Source of the DNA: an uncultured Candidatus Rokubacteria bacterium
Lineage (GTDB): Bacteria > Methylomirabilota > Methylomirabilia > Rokubacteriales > DASRDR01
Length of the DNA stretch: 64,000 bases
NCBI GenBank assembly: GCA_963826115.1
Contig: CAWGVS010000006.1
Span: 1,120,001 to 1,184,000, forward strand
Reading direction: 5' to 3'
The notes under the pieces: model-generated
Seen by the model: the letters and a program-made list of their open reading frames with translations, nothing else
Databases searched by the model: none
What the model was told of the DNA's origin: nothing
Made by a program: the position numbers and the translations under genes
Shown here: one piece after another, positions 48,354-58,118 of the stretch
How positions within the stretch are numbered: the stretch's first letter is position 1
Layout: the number at the start of each line of letters is the position of its first letter

Positions 48354-48536
48354 GGCCGCCTCCGATCCGATCGTCTCCATTCCGGTCGCGAGGGACGTTC
48401 CCTCGGGCGGCATCCTAGCACGCGGCCGCACGGCGCTTCTCCGAGCGGACGCGGCGGCTCGCCAGGGATGCGCAGCCGCTCGGTCCGGGGTTAGGCTAGG
48501 GGGCGTCGGACACCTCGCCAGACGGGAGACGCGACG

Positions 48537-49307
48537 ATGACGACCGCGAGTGCGACGGGACGGTTGGCGGCGGAGTGGGCGGCGCAGGGCTTCCTCCCGG
48601 TGGTGGACGTGCTCTCGCCCGGGGAGGCCGACCGCTGCCGCGCCCGCTTTGACGAGCTCGAGCGCGAGGTGCCGCCGGAGCAGGCGGAGGTCCACATCCG
48701 GGACCGTCATCTGGACGTGGAGTTCGTCTGGCGACTCGCCACGCACCCGAAGGTCCTCGACGCGGTCGAGGCGGTCCTCGGGCCCGACGTCGTCCTCCTC
48801 GCGTCGAACTTCTTCTGCAAGTACCCGGCGGAGGAGCGGGGCGAGCGGTTCGTGGCGTGGCACCAAGACGTGACGTACTGGGGTCTCGAGCCGCCGCGCG
48901 CGATCACCGCCTGGATCGCCGTCGACGACGCCGACGTGGAGAACGGGTGCATGAGCGTGATCCCGGGCTCCCACCGGCTCGGCTTCTTCGAGCACGGCAA
49001 GTCGGATCGGCCCGGCAACCTCCTCAGCATCAACCAGGAGGTGTCCGACGACACGGTCGACGAGCGCCGTGCGGTCTCCATGCCGCTCCGGGCCGGGCAG
49101 ATGTCCCTCCACGACGGCATGCTCCTCCACGGGAGCCATCCGAATCGCTCGTCCCGCCGGCGCTGCGGCCTCGCGGTCCGCTTCACCACGCCGGACGTGC
49201 GGCAGGTGGCCCCGAACTCGGCCCGCGGGTACTACCGGCCGGTCCTCGTCCGCGGCTCCGACCGCTACCGCCACTTCCCGCCGGTCGAGGTGCCCTGGCG
49301 AGACTGA
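48537..49307 (+). CDS. Phytanoyl-CoA dioxygenase (PhyH) family Fe/2OG enzyme
   Basis: WHQDVTYW, ENGCMSVIPGSH, LHGSHPNRS. Confidence 0.92.
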   Translation: MTTASATGRLAAEWAAQGFLPVVDVLSPGEADRCRARFDELEREVPPEQAEVHIRDRHLDVEFVWRLATHPKVLDAVEAVLGPDVVLLASNFFCKYPAEERGERFVAWHQDVTYWGLEPPRAITAWIAVDDADVENGCMSVIPGSHRLGFFEHGKSDRPGNLLSINQEVSDDTVDERRAVSMPLRAGQMSLHDGMLLHGSHPNRSSRRRCGLAVRFTTPDVRQVAPNSARGYYRPVLVRGSDRYRHFPPVEVPWRD

Positions 49308-49312
49308 TCGCC

Positions 49313-51471
49313 ATGACGCGGGGCCTCGCGCGCCTGGCCCTGGTTGCTGTCGCGTGGCTCGCGGCGGGCCCGGCGCACGCCGCGTCTCCGAGCCCGCCGC
49401 CGCGCGTGGAGGCGCGGCTCGACCTCGATCCCGGCCGCCGAGCCCGTTCCCCGCCGACTGGCTCACGGTGCCCGACCGCACGCAGCGGACGGGGCTCCGC
49501 GTGGCGAATCCCGTCGCGCGGTGCGTGCCGGTCCGCTCCGCCTGCGACGACCTCCGGCTCCTCGCGGAGCTGGACGGCTTCGACCTCGAGCCCCGGCTCC
49601 AGATCCGGTTCACGGGCGCGATCGACGTGGGGAGCGTGAGCACGCGGAGCGTGTTCCTCGTCCGTCTCGGAGCGGGTCCGCCCGAGCTCACGCCCGTCGA
49701 CCGCGTGGTCTGGGATCCCGACACGCTCTCGCTCTACGCGCGCCCCGAGAGCGTGCTCGAGCCCGAGGCCCGGTACGGCCTCGTGGTGACGCGGGACCTC
49801 CGCGACGCGGGCGGCCGGCCGGTCGAGCCCTCCGCCGGCTTCCAGGCGCTCCTCCGGTCGGGCGGGGGCCCGCCCGTGGGCGCCGAGCACCGGGCATCCT
49901 TCGGGCTCCTCCGCCGCGCGCTCGACCGCCGGGGCATCCGGATCGACCGGCTCGCGCTCGCGTCCGTCTTCACCACCGGGAGCGTGTCGGCGTTCCTCGA
50001 GCAGGCGCGCGACGCGCTCGACCGGCAACCGCCGGCGCCCGCGCTGATGACGGCGCCCGAGGCGGGCGGCCGCGCGTGGTTCCCTCGCGCGACCCTGTCG
50101 CAACTCGCCCTCCGGCGTCAGATCGGGCCGGCGCCGAGCGGGACCGGGTCCGCGACCGAGGCCGCGCCCGCCGGGTTCCGCGACGAGACCCTCCAGCTGG
50201 ACGCGCTGCCCCGTGACGCGGTGGGCGGGGTCGGGATCGGCTGGTACTGGTCCCCGTGGTACCTCACGCCCGAGCGCCGGATCGCGGAGCTGCCCACGCT
50301 CGCGCCCCGCCCCCCGGCCTCGGTCGACCGTCCCGTGCCCTTCGTCGTGGTCACGCCCGCCGGCCCGCCGCCGGCCGGGGGCTGGCCCCTCGCGGTCTTC
50401 GGTCACGGCTACGGCGGCGAGATGCTGTCGAACGCGCTCCTCGTGGCGGGGGGTCTCGCGCGCCAGGGGATCGCGACGGTGGCGATCTCGGTGGTCGGCC
50501 ACGGCGGCGGGCCGGAGAGCCGGCTCCTCGTTCACCTGACGGACGGGCGGACGCACGAGGTGCGCGTCCCCGGCCGCGGCGTCGACCTCGACGGGGACGG
50601 CCGCATCGAGCCGACCGAGGGGCTCACGCCGCTGGCGGGCGGTCCCTACGCGGCGCTCGGCCTTCGGGACGGGCTGCGCCAGCAGGTGGTCGACCTCATG
50701 GCGCTCGTGCGGGCCGTCGGAACCGGTCTCGACGTCGATGGCGACGGCGTCGCGGACACGGGGCTCGGTCCGATCGGCTACGCCGGGCACTCTCTCGGCG
50801 GGATCTACGGGACGCTTCTCCTTGCCGTCGACACGCGCGTGCGCGTGGGCGCGCTCGTGGTCGCGGGCGGCCCCGTACCCGAGATCGCGCGGCTCTCGCC
50901 GGCGTTCCGGCCGCGCGTCAAGGAGGCGCTCGGGCGGCGGCTCCCGTCGCTCCTGAACCTGCCGGGCGGCGACTTCCGGGAGGACCTTCCGCTCCGCGGC
51001 GAGGCGCCGGTGGTCACGCCGGCGGTCGGCGCGCTCGCCGTCCAGGAGTACCTCGCGCGGGCCGAGTGGCTCGGCCGCCGCGGGGACCCGGTGGCCTACG
51101 CCCGGCACCTCCGCCGGGCGCCGCTCCCCGGGCTCGAGCCGGCCCGCGTGCTCGTCCAGTACGCGCTCGGGGACCCGGTCGTGCCCAACTCCACGACCGC
51201 GACGCTCGTCCGCGCGGGGCAGCTCGGCGACCGTACCGTCGTGGTGCGAACCGACCGGGTCGCGCGCGCCATGGCCACCGACTGGCCGAACCCGCACGGC
51301 TTCCTGCTCGCGGTCCGCGCGCCGGGCCTGGTCGGGCGCGTGGCGGCGCTGACCCAGGAGCAGCTCGCCCGCTTCCTGCGCGACGACGGGGAGAGCGTGT
51401 GGATTCCCGGCGGGCTCTCGTCCGCGGGGCCGGACGACCGCTTCGTCGAGGGGCCGGCCGGCGCGCGGTGA
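49313..51471 (+). pseudogene. Secreted Ig-like plus alpha/beta-hydrolase (lipase-like) protein, one frameshift near 49430 (possible sequencing error)
   Basis: The signal peptide MTRGLARLALVAVAWLAAGPAHA is in one frame. SPFPADWLT, LDGF, FGHG and the nucleophile motif GHSLGG are in another. One extra base in the CCC run restores a single ORF. Confidence 0.75.
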
Positions 51472-51600
51472 GACGCGCGCGGCGCCGCGTCGCGCCCTGG
51501 GAGCGCGCGACGCGGTAGGGGTACAATGGCGAGGTCGATCGCGCCCCGACGCCCGGCATCCGGCCGGCGCGTCCGGTGACCCCGAACCTGCGAGGGCCCC

Positions 51601-52086
51601 ATGAAAGTTCTGAGGATCGTGCCGGAGCGGTGCACGGGCTGTCTCCGATGCGAGCTGGCCTGCTCGTACGTCCAGACGGGCACGTTCCAGCCCGCGAAAT
51701 CGGTGATCCGCGTGTCGCCGTTCGAGGGGCACACGAGCTACGCCCCCTACACGTGCTTCCAGTGCGCCGAGGGCTGGTGCATGACCGCGTGCCCGGTGGG
51801 GGCGATCGTCATCTCCCCGGTGGGCGCGAAGGCCGTCATCGACGACCAGTGCGTCGGCTGCAAGCTCTGCACGATCGCCTGCCCGTACGGGACGATGTTC
51901 TACAACCCGGACACGCAGAAGGCGTTCAAGTGCAATCTGTGCGGCGGCGACCCCGCGTGCGCCCACGCCTGCCCGACGCAGGCGATCCTCTACGAGGACG
52001 TCGAGACCGCGGACTGGCTCGGCGACTTCGCGGCCGACCGGGCCGCCGGCACGCTCCTCCCGGCCGGCGGGAACGGGAGGCACTGA
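51601..52086 (+). CDS. 4Fe-4S dicluster electron-transfer subunit (AorA-like)
   Basis: CTGCLRCELAC, CFQC..GWC..ACP, CVGCKLCTIACP, KCNLC...PACAHACP. Confidence 0.9.
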   Translation: MKVLRIVPERCTGCLRCELACSYVQTGTFQPAKSVIRVSPFEGHTSYAPYTCFQCAEGWCMTACPVGAIVISPVGAKAVIDDQCVGCKLCTIACPYGTMFYNPDTQKAFKCNLCGGDPACAHACPTQAILYEDVETADWLGDFAADRAAGTLLPAGGNGRH

Positions 52087-53405
52087 TGCCGAAGCGCCAC
52101 GTCATCGTCGGCGGCGGCACCGCGGGCCACAACGCGATCAACACCATCCGCCAGGAGGAGGGCGAGCGCTCGGAGATCGTCCTGGTCTCGGCGGAGCGGC
52201 CCTACTCGCGGATGGTCCTCCCGTACTACCTCGGGCGCACCATCTCCGAGTCGCACGTCTTCACGGCGACGCCCGCCAAGCTCGCCCGGCTCGGCGTGAC
52301 CACGCAGCTCGGGCGGCGGGCGACCGCGCTCGACGCGAAGGCCGGGAAGCTCACGCTGGACGACGGGACGGCCCTCGAGTACGACGACCTCCTGATCGCG
52401 ACGGGGTCGTCCGCGGTCCGCGCCCCCGTGCCCGGGGCCGACGGCGCCGGGGTCCACAGCTTCTGGACCCTCGAGCAGGCCCGCGGCGTGGTGGCCGAGA
52501 TCAAGGCGGGCAGCCACGTCGTGATGGTCGGGGCCGGCTTCATCGCCTTCACCATCCTCAACTCGATCCTGGCGCTCGGCGCGCGGCTGACCATCCTCGA
52601 GATCGCGCCCCAGATCCTGCCGCGCATGATCGACCGGCAGGGCGCCGCGCTGGTCGACGCGTGGCTCCGGAGGCACGGCGTCGAGATCCGGACCGGCGCC
52701 ACCCTGACGGCGGTCGAGCAGCACGCCGGGCGCCGCCGCCTCCGGTTCAAGGACGGCCCCGACGTCGACGCGGACGTGGTCATCATGGCGACGGGCATCC
52801 GGACGAACCTCGGATGGCTCGAGGGTTCGGGCGTCCGCGTGAACCGGGGCGTCGTCGTGGACGACCGCCTCCGATCCAGCGTCCCGACGGTCTATGCCGC
52901 GGGCGACGTGGCGGAGGGGCGCGACCTGATCACGGGGCAGCCCGACGTTCACGCCATCGAGCCGACGGCGATGGAGCACGGCCGGGTGGTCGGCGCCAAC
53001 ATGGCCGGGCGCGACGTGCAGTACCGCGGGAGCCTCCTCATGAACATCGTGGAGGTGTGTCACCTCGACGTCGCGAGCTTCGGGCGCTGGGACGACCCGG
53101 CGGCCGAGCTCATGCTCGCGGTCGACCCCGACCGCCCCGCGTACCGGAAGCTCCTCTGGCACGGCGACCGGCTGACCGGCGCGATGATCCTCGGCCCCTC
53201 GGGCGACATCTGGACCACGAACGACGTGGGCATGCTGAAGGGCCTGGTCCAGTCCGGGGTGGCGCTCGGGCCGTGGAAGGAGGCGCTCCGGCGCAACCCC
53301 TTCGACGTCAAGCGCGCCTACGTCGCGTCCCACACGGCCCGGCAGCTGCTGCCCCAGACCGTGCTCGGCCGTCCGGCCCCCGCGCCGGCCGTCCTCTGGA
53401 GCTGA
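52086..53405 (+). CDS. FAD-dependent NAD(P)H oxidoreductase (AorC/NirB-like)
   Basis: IVGGGTAG, LIATGS, VGAGFIA, YAAGDVAE. Confidence 0.88.
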   Translation: MPKRHVIVGGGTAGHNAINTIRQEEGERSEIVLVSAERPYSRMVLPYYLGRTISESHVFTATPAKLARLGVTTQLGRRATALDAKAGKLTLDDGTALEYDDLLIATGSSAVRAPVPGADGAGVHSFWTLEQARGVVAEIKAGSHVVMVGAGFIAFTILNSILALGARLTILEIAPQILPRMIDRQGAALVDAWLRRHGVEIRTGATLTAVEQHAGRRRLRFKDGPDVDADVVIMATGIRTNLGWLEGSGVRVNRGVVVDDRLRSSVPTVYAAGDVAEGRDLITGQPDVHAIEPTAMEHGRVVGANMAGRDVQYRGSLLMNIVEVCHLDVASFGRWDDPAAELMLAVDPDRPAYRKLLWHGDRLTGAMILGPSGDIWTTNDVGMLKGLVQSGVALGPWKEALRRNPFDVKRAYVASHTARQLLPQTVLGRPAPAPAVLWS

Positions 53406-53418
53406 ACATCAAGCAACG

Positions 53419-53485
53419 GGGTCAGGCCTTGACTTTGATGTCCAGACGAAGTGTCCGGCAGGATCTCAAAGTCAAGGCCTGACCC
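53419..53485. repeat. Element bounded by perfect 20-bp inverted repeats (REP/MITE-like)
   Basis: GGGTCAGGCCTTGACTTTGA (53419-53438), 27-nt spacer, TCAAAGTCAAGGCCTGACCC (53466-53485); AT-richer than the flanks. Confidence 0.7.
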
Positions 53486-53524
53486 TGAAGTTTGGCAATC
53501 GAAGCTGAGGCCAGGAGAACGCCA

Positions 53525-55459
53525 ATGACGCAGGCAGGGACGATGGCGGCGACGAAGGTGGCGGGGGCGGTGCGGCGCGACCTCCCCGGCGGGTACGCGG
53601 GACAGCTCCTCCGGGTCGACCTCGGGGCCGGTCGCGCGTGGGGCGAGCCCTGGTCGCCCGCCGACATGCGGACGTACCTCGGCGGCGCCGGGCTCGGCGC
53701 GAAGATCCTGTGGGACGAGGTCCCGCCCGAGGTGGGCTGGGACCATCCGGCGAATCGCCTCGTCCTGGCGACAGGGCCCCTGGCCGGCCTCCCGGTGTGG
53801 GGCACGGGCGGGCTCACCGTCGTCACGCGCGGCGCGATGACCAACGGCGGCACCTCGACCCAGGCCAACGGCTTCTTCGGCGCGAACCTGAAGTACTGCG
53901 GGTACGACGCCATCGTCGTCGAGGGCCAGGCGCCGGAGTGGACCTACCTCCTGGTCCGCGACGACCGCCTCGAGCTCCGCGACGCGCGCCACCTCGTCGG
54001 CAAGGACACCTGGGAGACCCAGGACGCGCTGACCGCCGAGCTCGGGTGCTCGGGCCACATGCTGAGCGTCTACTCGATCGGTCCCGCCGGCGAGAGCCTG
54101 GTGCGCTTCGCGGCGATCCAGGGCGACTACGGCCACGTCGCGTCCAAGAACGGCGTGGGCGCCGTGATGGGCAAGAAGCGCCTCAAGGCGGTCGCGATCG
54201 TCCGGGGCGGCGGCCTCCTCCGCGCCGCCGACCCGCGCGGGCTCATCGCCGCGGCCGACGACATCGCCAACGAGCTCCGCACGAACCCCGCGTCCAAGAC
54301 GCTCTACGAGTACGGCACGCTCCCGGGCGTCGTGAACCTGGGCGCCCTCGGCGCGCTCCCGATCAAGAACTACACGACGAACGTCACGCCGCCCGGCGTC
54401 GACATGAAGCAGTGGGAGGCGCCGGCCCTCCGGAACGGCTTCGACCACCGCGGCCACCAGTGCAACGCCTGCGGCATGCACCACTGCCACATGCAGGTCC
54501 TGCCGAGCGGCAAGCACAAGGGCGCCATCGTCGACGAGCCCGAGTACGAGGGCTGGTCGGGCGCCGGCTGGACGATCGGCTGCACCGACCCGGTGGCGGT
54601 CTCCTGGCTCAACACGCAGCTCGACCGCGCCTGCGTCGACGTCAACGAGTTCGGCTGGCTCTGCGGCTTCGTGATGGAGTGCCAGGAGAAGGGCTACATC
54701 ACCGAGCAGCAGCTCGGCTTCCGGCTCGGGTGGGGCGACGCCGAGGGCGCGAACCGGCTCCTCCAGATGATCAACCGGCGCGAGGGCCTGGGCGATCTCC
54801 TCGCCGAGGGCACGAAGCTCGCGGCCGAGCGCCTGGGCGGCGGCGCGCTCGAGTGCTCGATCTACACCGGCAAGAACGCCTCGCCGCGCGGCCACGACCA
54901 CCGAGGCCGCTGGGAGGAGATGCTCGACACGTGCACCGGCTCGACGGGGACGCTCGAGACCGGGCCGCCGGTGTTCCCGGCCGAGCTCGGCTTGCCCGCG
55001 CGCATCAACCCGTTCGACCCCGAGCAGGTCGCGCGCCAGGTGGCCGGCCTGAACGGCCGCCGGAACTTCGAGGACTCGCTGGGCGCCTGCATCTTCACGA
55101 CGCGGACGTACCTCGAGAACCTCGCGCGCACGCTCTCGGCCGCCACCGGGTGGGAGTACTCGCGCGAGGAGGCGATGCGCTTCGGCCGGCGGATCGGCGC
55201 GATCTTCCGCGCCTTCAACCTCCGCTGCGGCATCCGGAACGACCTCGAGCGGCCGTCCCGGCGCTACTGGTCGACGCCGGTCGACGGGCCCGCGAAGGGC
55301 CAGTCGATCGAGAAGCACTGGGAGCGCATGCTCGACGTCTGGTACGAGGGCATGGGCTACGACCGCGCGAGCGGGCGCCCGACGCCCGAGACCCTGAAGG
55401 CGGTGGGCCTCGAGTGGATGGTCCCGGCCGTGTGGGGCGACGACCGGTCGCGCCGGTGA
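53525..55459 (+). CDS. aor: Aldehyde:ferredoxin oxidoreductase family catalytic subunit
   Basis: GYAGQLLRVDL, YLGGAGLGAKIL, GAVMGKKRLKAV, CNACGMHHC, EPEYEG, DSLGACIF. Confidence 0.9.
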   Translation: MTQAGTMAATKVAGAVRRDLPGGYAGQLLRVDLGAGRAWGEPWSPADMRTYLGGAGLGAKILWDEVPPEVGWDHPANRLVLATGPLAGLPVWGTGGLTVVTRGAMTNGGTSTQANGFFGANLKYCGYDAIVVEGQAPEWTYLLVRDDRLELRDARHLVGKDTWETQDALTAELGCSGHMLSVYSIGPAGESLVRFAAIQGDYGHVASKNGVGAVMGKKRLKAVAIVRGGGLLRAADPRGLIAAADDIANELRTNPASKTLYEYGTLPGVVNLGALGALPIKNYTTNVTPPGVDMKQWEAPALRNGFDHRGHQCNACGMHHCHMQVLPSGKHKGAIVDEPEYEGWSGAGWTIGCTDPVAVSWLNTQLDRACVDVNEFGWLCGFVMECQEKGYITEQQLGFRLGWGDAEGANRLLQMINRREGLGDLLAEGTKLAAERLGGGALECSIYTGKNASPRGHDHRGRWEEMLDTCTGSTGTLETGPPVFPAELGLPARINPFDPEQVARQVAGLNGRRNFEDSLGACIFTTRTYLENLARTLSAATGWEYSREEAMRFGRRIGAIFRAFNLRCGIRNDLERPSRRYWSTPVDGPAKGQSIEKHWERMLDVWYEGMGYDRASGRPTPETLKAVGLEWMVPAVWGDDRSRR

Positions 55460-55782
55460 ACGCGGCCCCGCCCGCGCCCCGGACGGTGCCCGTCGAGGTC
55501 CTGTCCTGGGTCAACAAGCTGATCGGGGGGCCGGGGACGGGGCAGGTGACGGTGGACACGGCGGCGCCCCGCGGCGCGACCGTCCGCGCCGTGCTCCGCG
55601 CGATGTCGGAGCGCTACCCGGAGCTCGGCCAGGCGCTCTGGGACCCGACGCGCCCCCGCGAGCTCGGCGACAACATCGAGGTGCTCGTCAACAACGCCGT
55701 CCTGGGCCTGACGCACGACCTCGACAGCGAGGTGCTGGACGGCGAGCGGATCACGCTGCTCGGCCAGTACATGGGCGGCTAG
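55456..55782 (+). CDS. MoaD/ThiS family sulfur carrier
   Basis: Ubiquitin-like size, IEVLVNN, C-terminal GG; GTG overlaps the aor stop. Confidence 0.82.
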   Translation: MNAAPPAPRTVPVEVLSWVNKLIGGPGTGQVTVDTAAPRGATVRAVLRAMSERYPELGQALWDPTRPRELGDNIEVLVNNAVLGLTHDLDSEVLDGERITLLGQYMGG

Positions 55783-55798
55783 ACAGGAGAGCCCCGTC

Positions 55799-56437
55799 AT
55801 GATGCCGGAGCCGTCGACCCTCGCCGTGTTCGTCGTGGCCGCCGTGGCGCTCCTCGTCACGCCCGGTCCGGCGGTCCTCTACATCGTCGCCCGGAGCGTG
55901 GAGCAGGGGCGCTGGGCGGGCGTCGTCTCGGCGCTGGGCGTCCACGTCGGCACGCTCGTCCACGTCGCCGCGGCCGCCCTCGGGCTCTCCGCGCTCCTCG
56001 TCTCGTCGGCCCTCGCCTTCGACATCGTCAAGTACCTCGGGGCCGTCTACCTCGTCTACCTGGGGGTCCGGCGGCTCCTCGCGAGGGACGCGCGCGCCGA
56101 GTCGGGCGCCGCCCCGCCCAGGAGCCTCCGGCGCCTCTTCGGGCAGGGCATCGTCGTCAACATCCTGAACCCGAAGACGGCCCTCTTCTTCCTGGCGTTC
56201 CTCCCGCAGTTCGTCGATCCGGCTCGCGGGCAGGTGGGCCTCCAGATCCTGGCCCTCGGGATGATCTTCGTGGCCCTCGGCGTCGTCAGCGACGGCCTCT
56301 ATGCGATCGCCGCCGGCACGGCGGGGGGGTGGCTCAAGCGCGACGGCCGCGTCCTCCGCGCCGAGCGGTACGTCACCGGCGGCGTCTTCGTCGGCCTCGG
56401 CCTGACCGCCGCGTTCGCCGGCAACGGCCGGAAGTAG
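55799..56437 (+). CDS. LysE/RhtB family translocator
   Basis: TPGPAVLYIVARS, NILNPKTALFFLAFLPQF. Confidence 0.92.
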   Translation: MMPEPSTLAVFVVAAVALLVTPGPAVLYIVARSVEQGRWAGVVSALGVHVGTLVHVAAAALGLSALLVSSALAFDIVKYLGAVYLVYLGVRRLLARDARAESGAAPPRSLRRLFGQGIVVNILNPKTALFFLAFLPQFVDPARGQVGLQILALGMIFVALGVVSDGLYAIAAGTAGGWLKRDGRVLRAERYVTGGVFVGLGLTAAFAGNGRK

Positions 56438-56501
56438 CTGTCCGTCCGGCCGGTCGAAGTGGCGACTCGGTGACACGACCGGACTGCACCCATCTGCGAC
56501 G

Positions 56502-56795
56502 ATGTGCTACATGCGATACCGGAAGAATGAGATTGGCGTGCGGGAGCTGAGGCAGAACCTCAGCGTCTACCTGCGACGGGTCAAGGCTGGTCAAACCCTC
56601 GACGTCAGGGAACGCGGCACCCGGGTCGCTCTGATCGTTCCGGCGACCGGGCGTTCGACGGTTCTCGAACGGCTGATCGAGGCCGGCCGCGCGACTGCCG
56701 CGAAGGGGGATCTGCTCGGGCTCGGACGACCGATTGGACGGCGACCGTCTCGGCGAGCCAGCCGAGCTTTCGCCAGCCTCCGCGCCGAGGGCTGA
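56502..56795 (+). CDS. vapB: Phd/YefM-type antitoxin
   Basis: IGVRELRQNLSVYLRRVKAGQTLDV.ERG; overlaps the PIN toxin start. Confidence 0.85.
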   Translation: MCYMRYRKNEIGVRELRQNLSVYLRRVKAGQTLDVRERGTRVALIVPATGRSTVLERLIEAGRATAAKGDLLGLGRPIGRRPSRRASRAFASLRAEG

Positions 56796-57193
56796 TGCCG
56801 CTCGTCTACCTGGACTCGTCGGCCCTGGTGAAGCTCGTCGTCACGGAGCCGGAGTCGATGGCGTTGATCGAGCGCCTCCAAGCCTGGCCTCGGCGCGTGT
56901 CCAGCGCGCTCGCGTTGACCGAGCTGCCTCGCGCCCTGGCGCGCGCGGGTTTCGGCCCTCCCGTGCAGCGTCGCGCTCGGGAGGTGCTCGGGCGTCTCGA
57001 CCTGCTCGACGTCGACCGCCGGATCCTGGCGACCGCGGCGGCGCTCGAGCCGACGGCCCTGCGCACGCTCGGCGCGATTCACCTGGCCACGGCCCTGGCC
57101 GTGCGCGAGGATCTCGATCTCGTCGTCACCTATGATCGACGACTGCGGGCGGCCGTCGAGCGAGTGCACCTCGACGTTGCGACACTCGCCTGA
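56795..57193 (+). CDS. vapC: VapC PIN-domain toxin
   Basis: VYLDSSALVKL, E, LRTLGAIHLATAL, VTYDRRL. Confidence 0.88.
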   Translation: MPLVYLDSSALVKLVVTEPESMALIERLQAWPRRVSSALALTELPRALARAGFGPPVQRRAREVLGRLDLLDVDRRILATAAALEPTALRTLGAIHLATALAVREDLDLVVTYDRRLRAAVERVHLDVATLA

Positions 57194-57338
57194 GGCGGCC
57201 ACGCGCATGGACCTGATCCCGGGGGATCGTCGCGGCGCCCGTGCTCCCGATCTACTCTGACCGGCCTTCCGGCCCTCGGGGACGGTGCAGTATCATCGCC
57301 AGACATCGAGGGCCGCGAGGCCCGGAGAGGAGCCGCGG

Positions 57339-57695
57339 ATGATTGCCAAGGCTACGGATCGGTCGACGTACCTGGACCTCCACAAGATGGACTGGGAGCC
57401 CAGCGGGTTCCCGGGCGTGTGGAACAAGGTGCTCTACGAGGAGCCCGACGGCCGCCGGACCATCCTGACCCGCTTCGAGCCCGGCGCCCGGCTGCCGCGC
57501 CACCGCCACGTCGGGCTCGAGCAGACGTTCATCCTCGAGGGCTCGCTGGTGGACGACGACGGGGAGTGCACGGCGGGGAACTTCGTCTGGCGGCGCCCCG
57601 GGTCGGTCCACCGGGCATGGTCGCCGAACGGCTGCATCGGCATCGGGATCTTCGAGCGCCCGAACGAGTTCCTGGAAGAGCCGGGCCGGGCCTAG
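57339..57695 (+). CDS. Cupin, ChrR-like domain protein
   Basis: PGARLPRHRHVGLEQTFILEGSL, WRRPGSVH. Confidence 0.85.
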   Translation: MIAKATDRSTYLDLHKMDWEPSGFPGVWNKVLYEEPDGRRTILTRFEPGARLPRHRHVGLEQTFILEGSLVDDDGECTAGNFVWRRPGSVHRAWSPNGCIGIGIFERPNEFLEEPGRA

Positions 57696-57784
57696 GGCCC
57701 CGCGGCGTCCTCCACGACTGACGCCTCCCGCGCCGCGACGGGCTCGTGTCGCGGGGTGGCTCCGGCCGCGCTCGCGGGCCGGCG

Positions 57785-58015
57785 CTACGGGTAGCGGATC
57801 AGGCGGCCGGTGAAGGAGACCGTGAAGTTGAGCGTCCGGTTGCTCCCGCCGAGCAGGACCAGCACGTCCGTCCGCGGCGCCGCGCAGCCGATCAGCCTCC
57901 GACCCCCGCCGATCGGCAACCCGATTCCCGCCACGATGGTGTAGATCACCTGGGCCTAGGGCGAGGTCTGGTTGAGGAACACCCGCTGGACGTTGACGGG
58001 ACGGATCGAGGGCAT
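57785..58015 (-). pseudogene. Small ORF interrupted by an in-frame TAG
   Basis: GAGGAGG RBS; MPSIRPVNVQRVFLNQTSP*AQVIYTIV...FTVSFTGRLIRYP*; TAG at 57958-57956. Confidence 0.45.
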
Positions 58016-58118
58016 GCAGACCTCCTCTGGCGCTGGGAGCGATTGATCGCGTGTCGCGCGCGTCGCCGGCACACGAGGGCTACCGCTTCTGTGGTGCGCG
58101 TGTCAAGATGCCGGACCA

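Noticed and set aside
57956-57958. TAG as pyrrolysine
   Set aside because: No methylamine methyltransferase context or pyl genes visible; a nonsense mutation is simpler.
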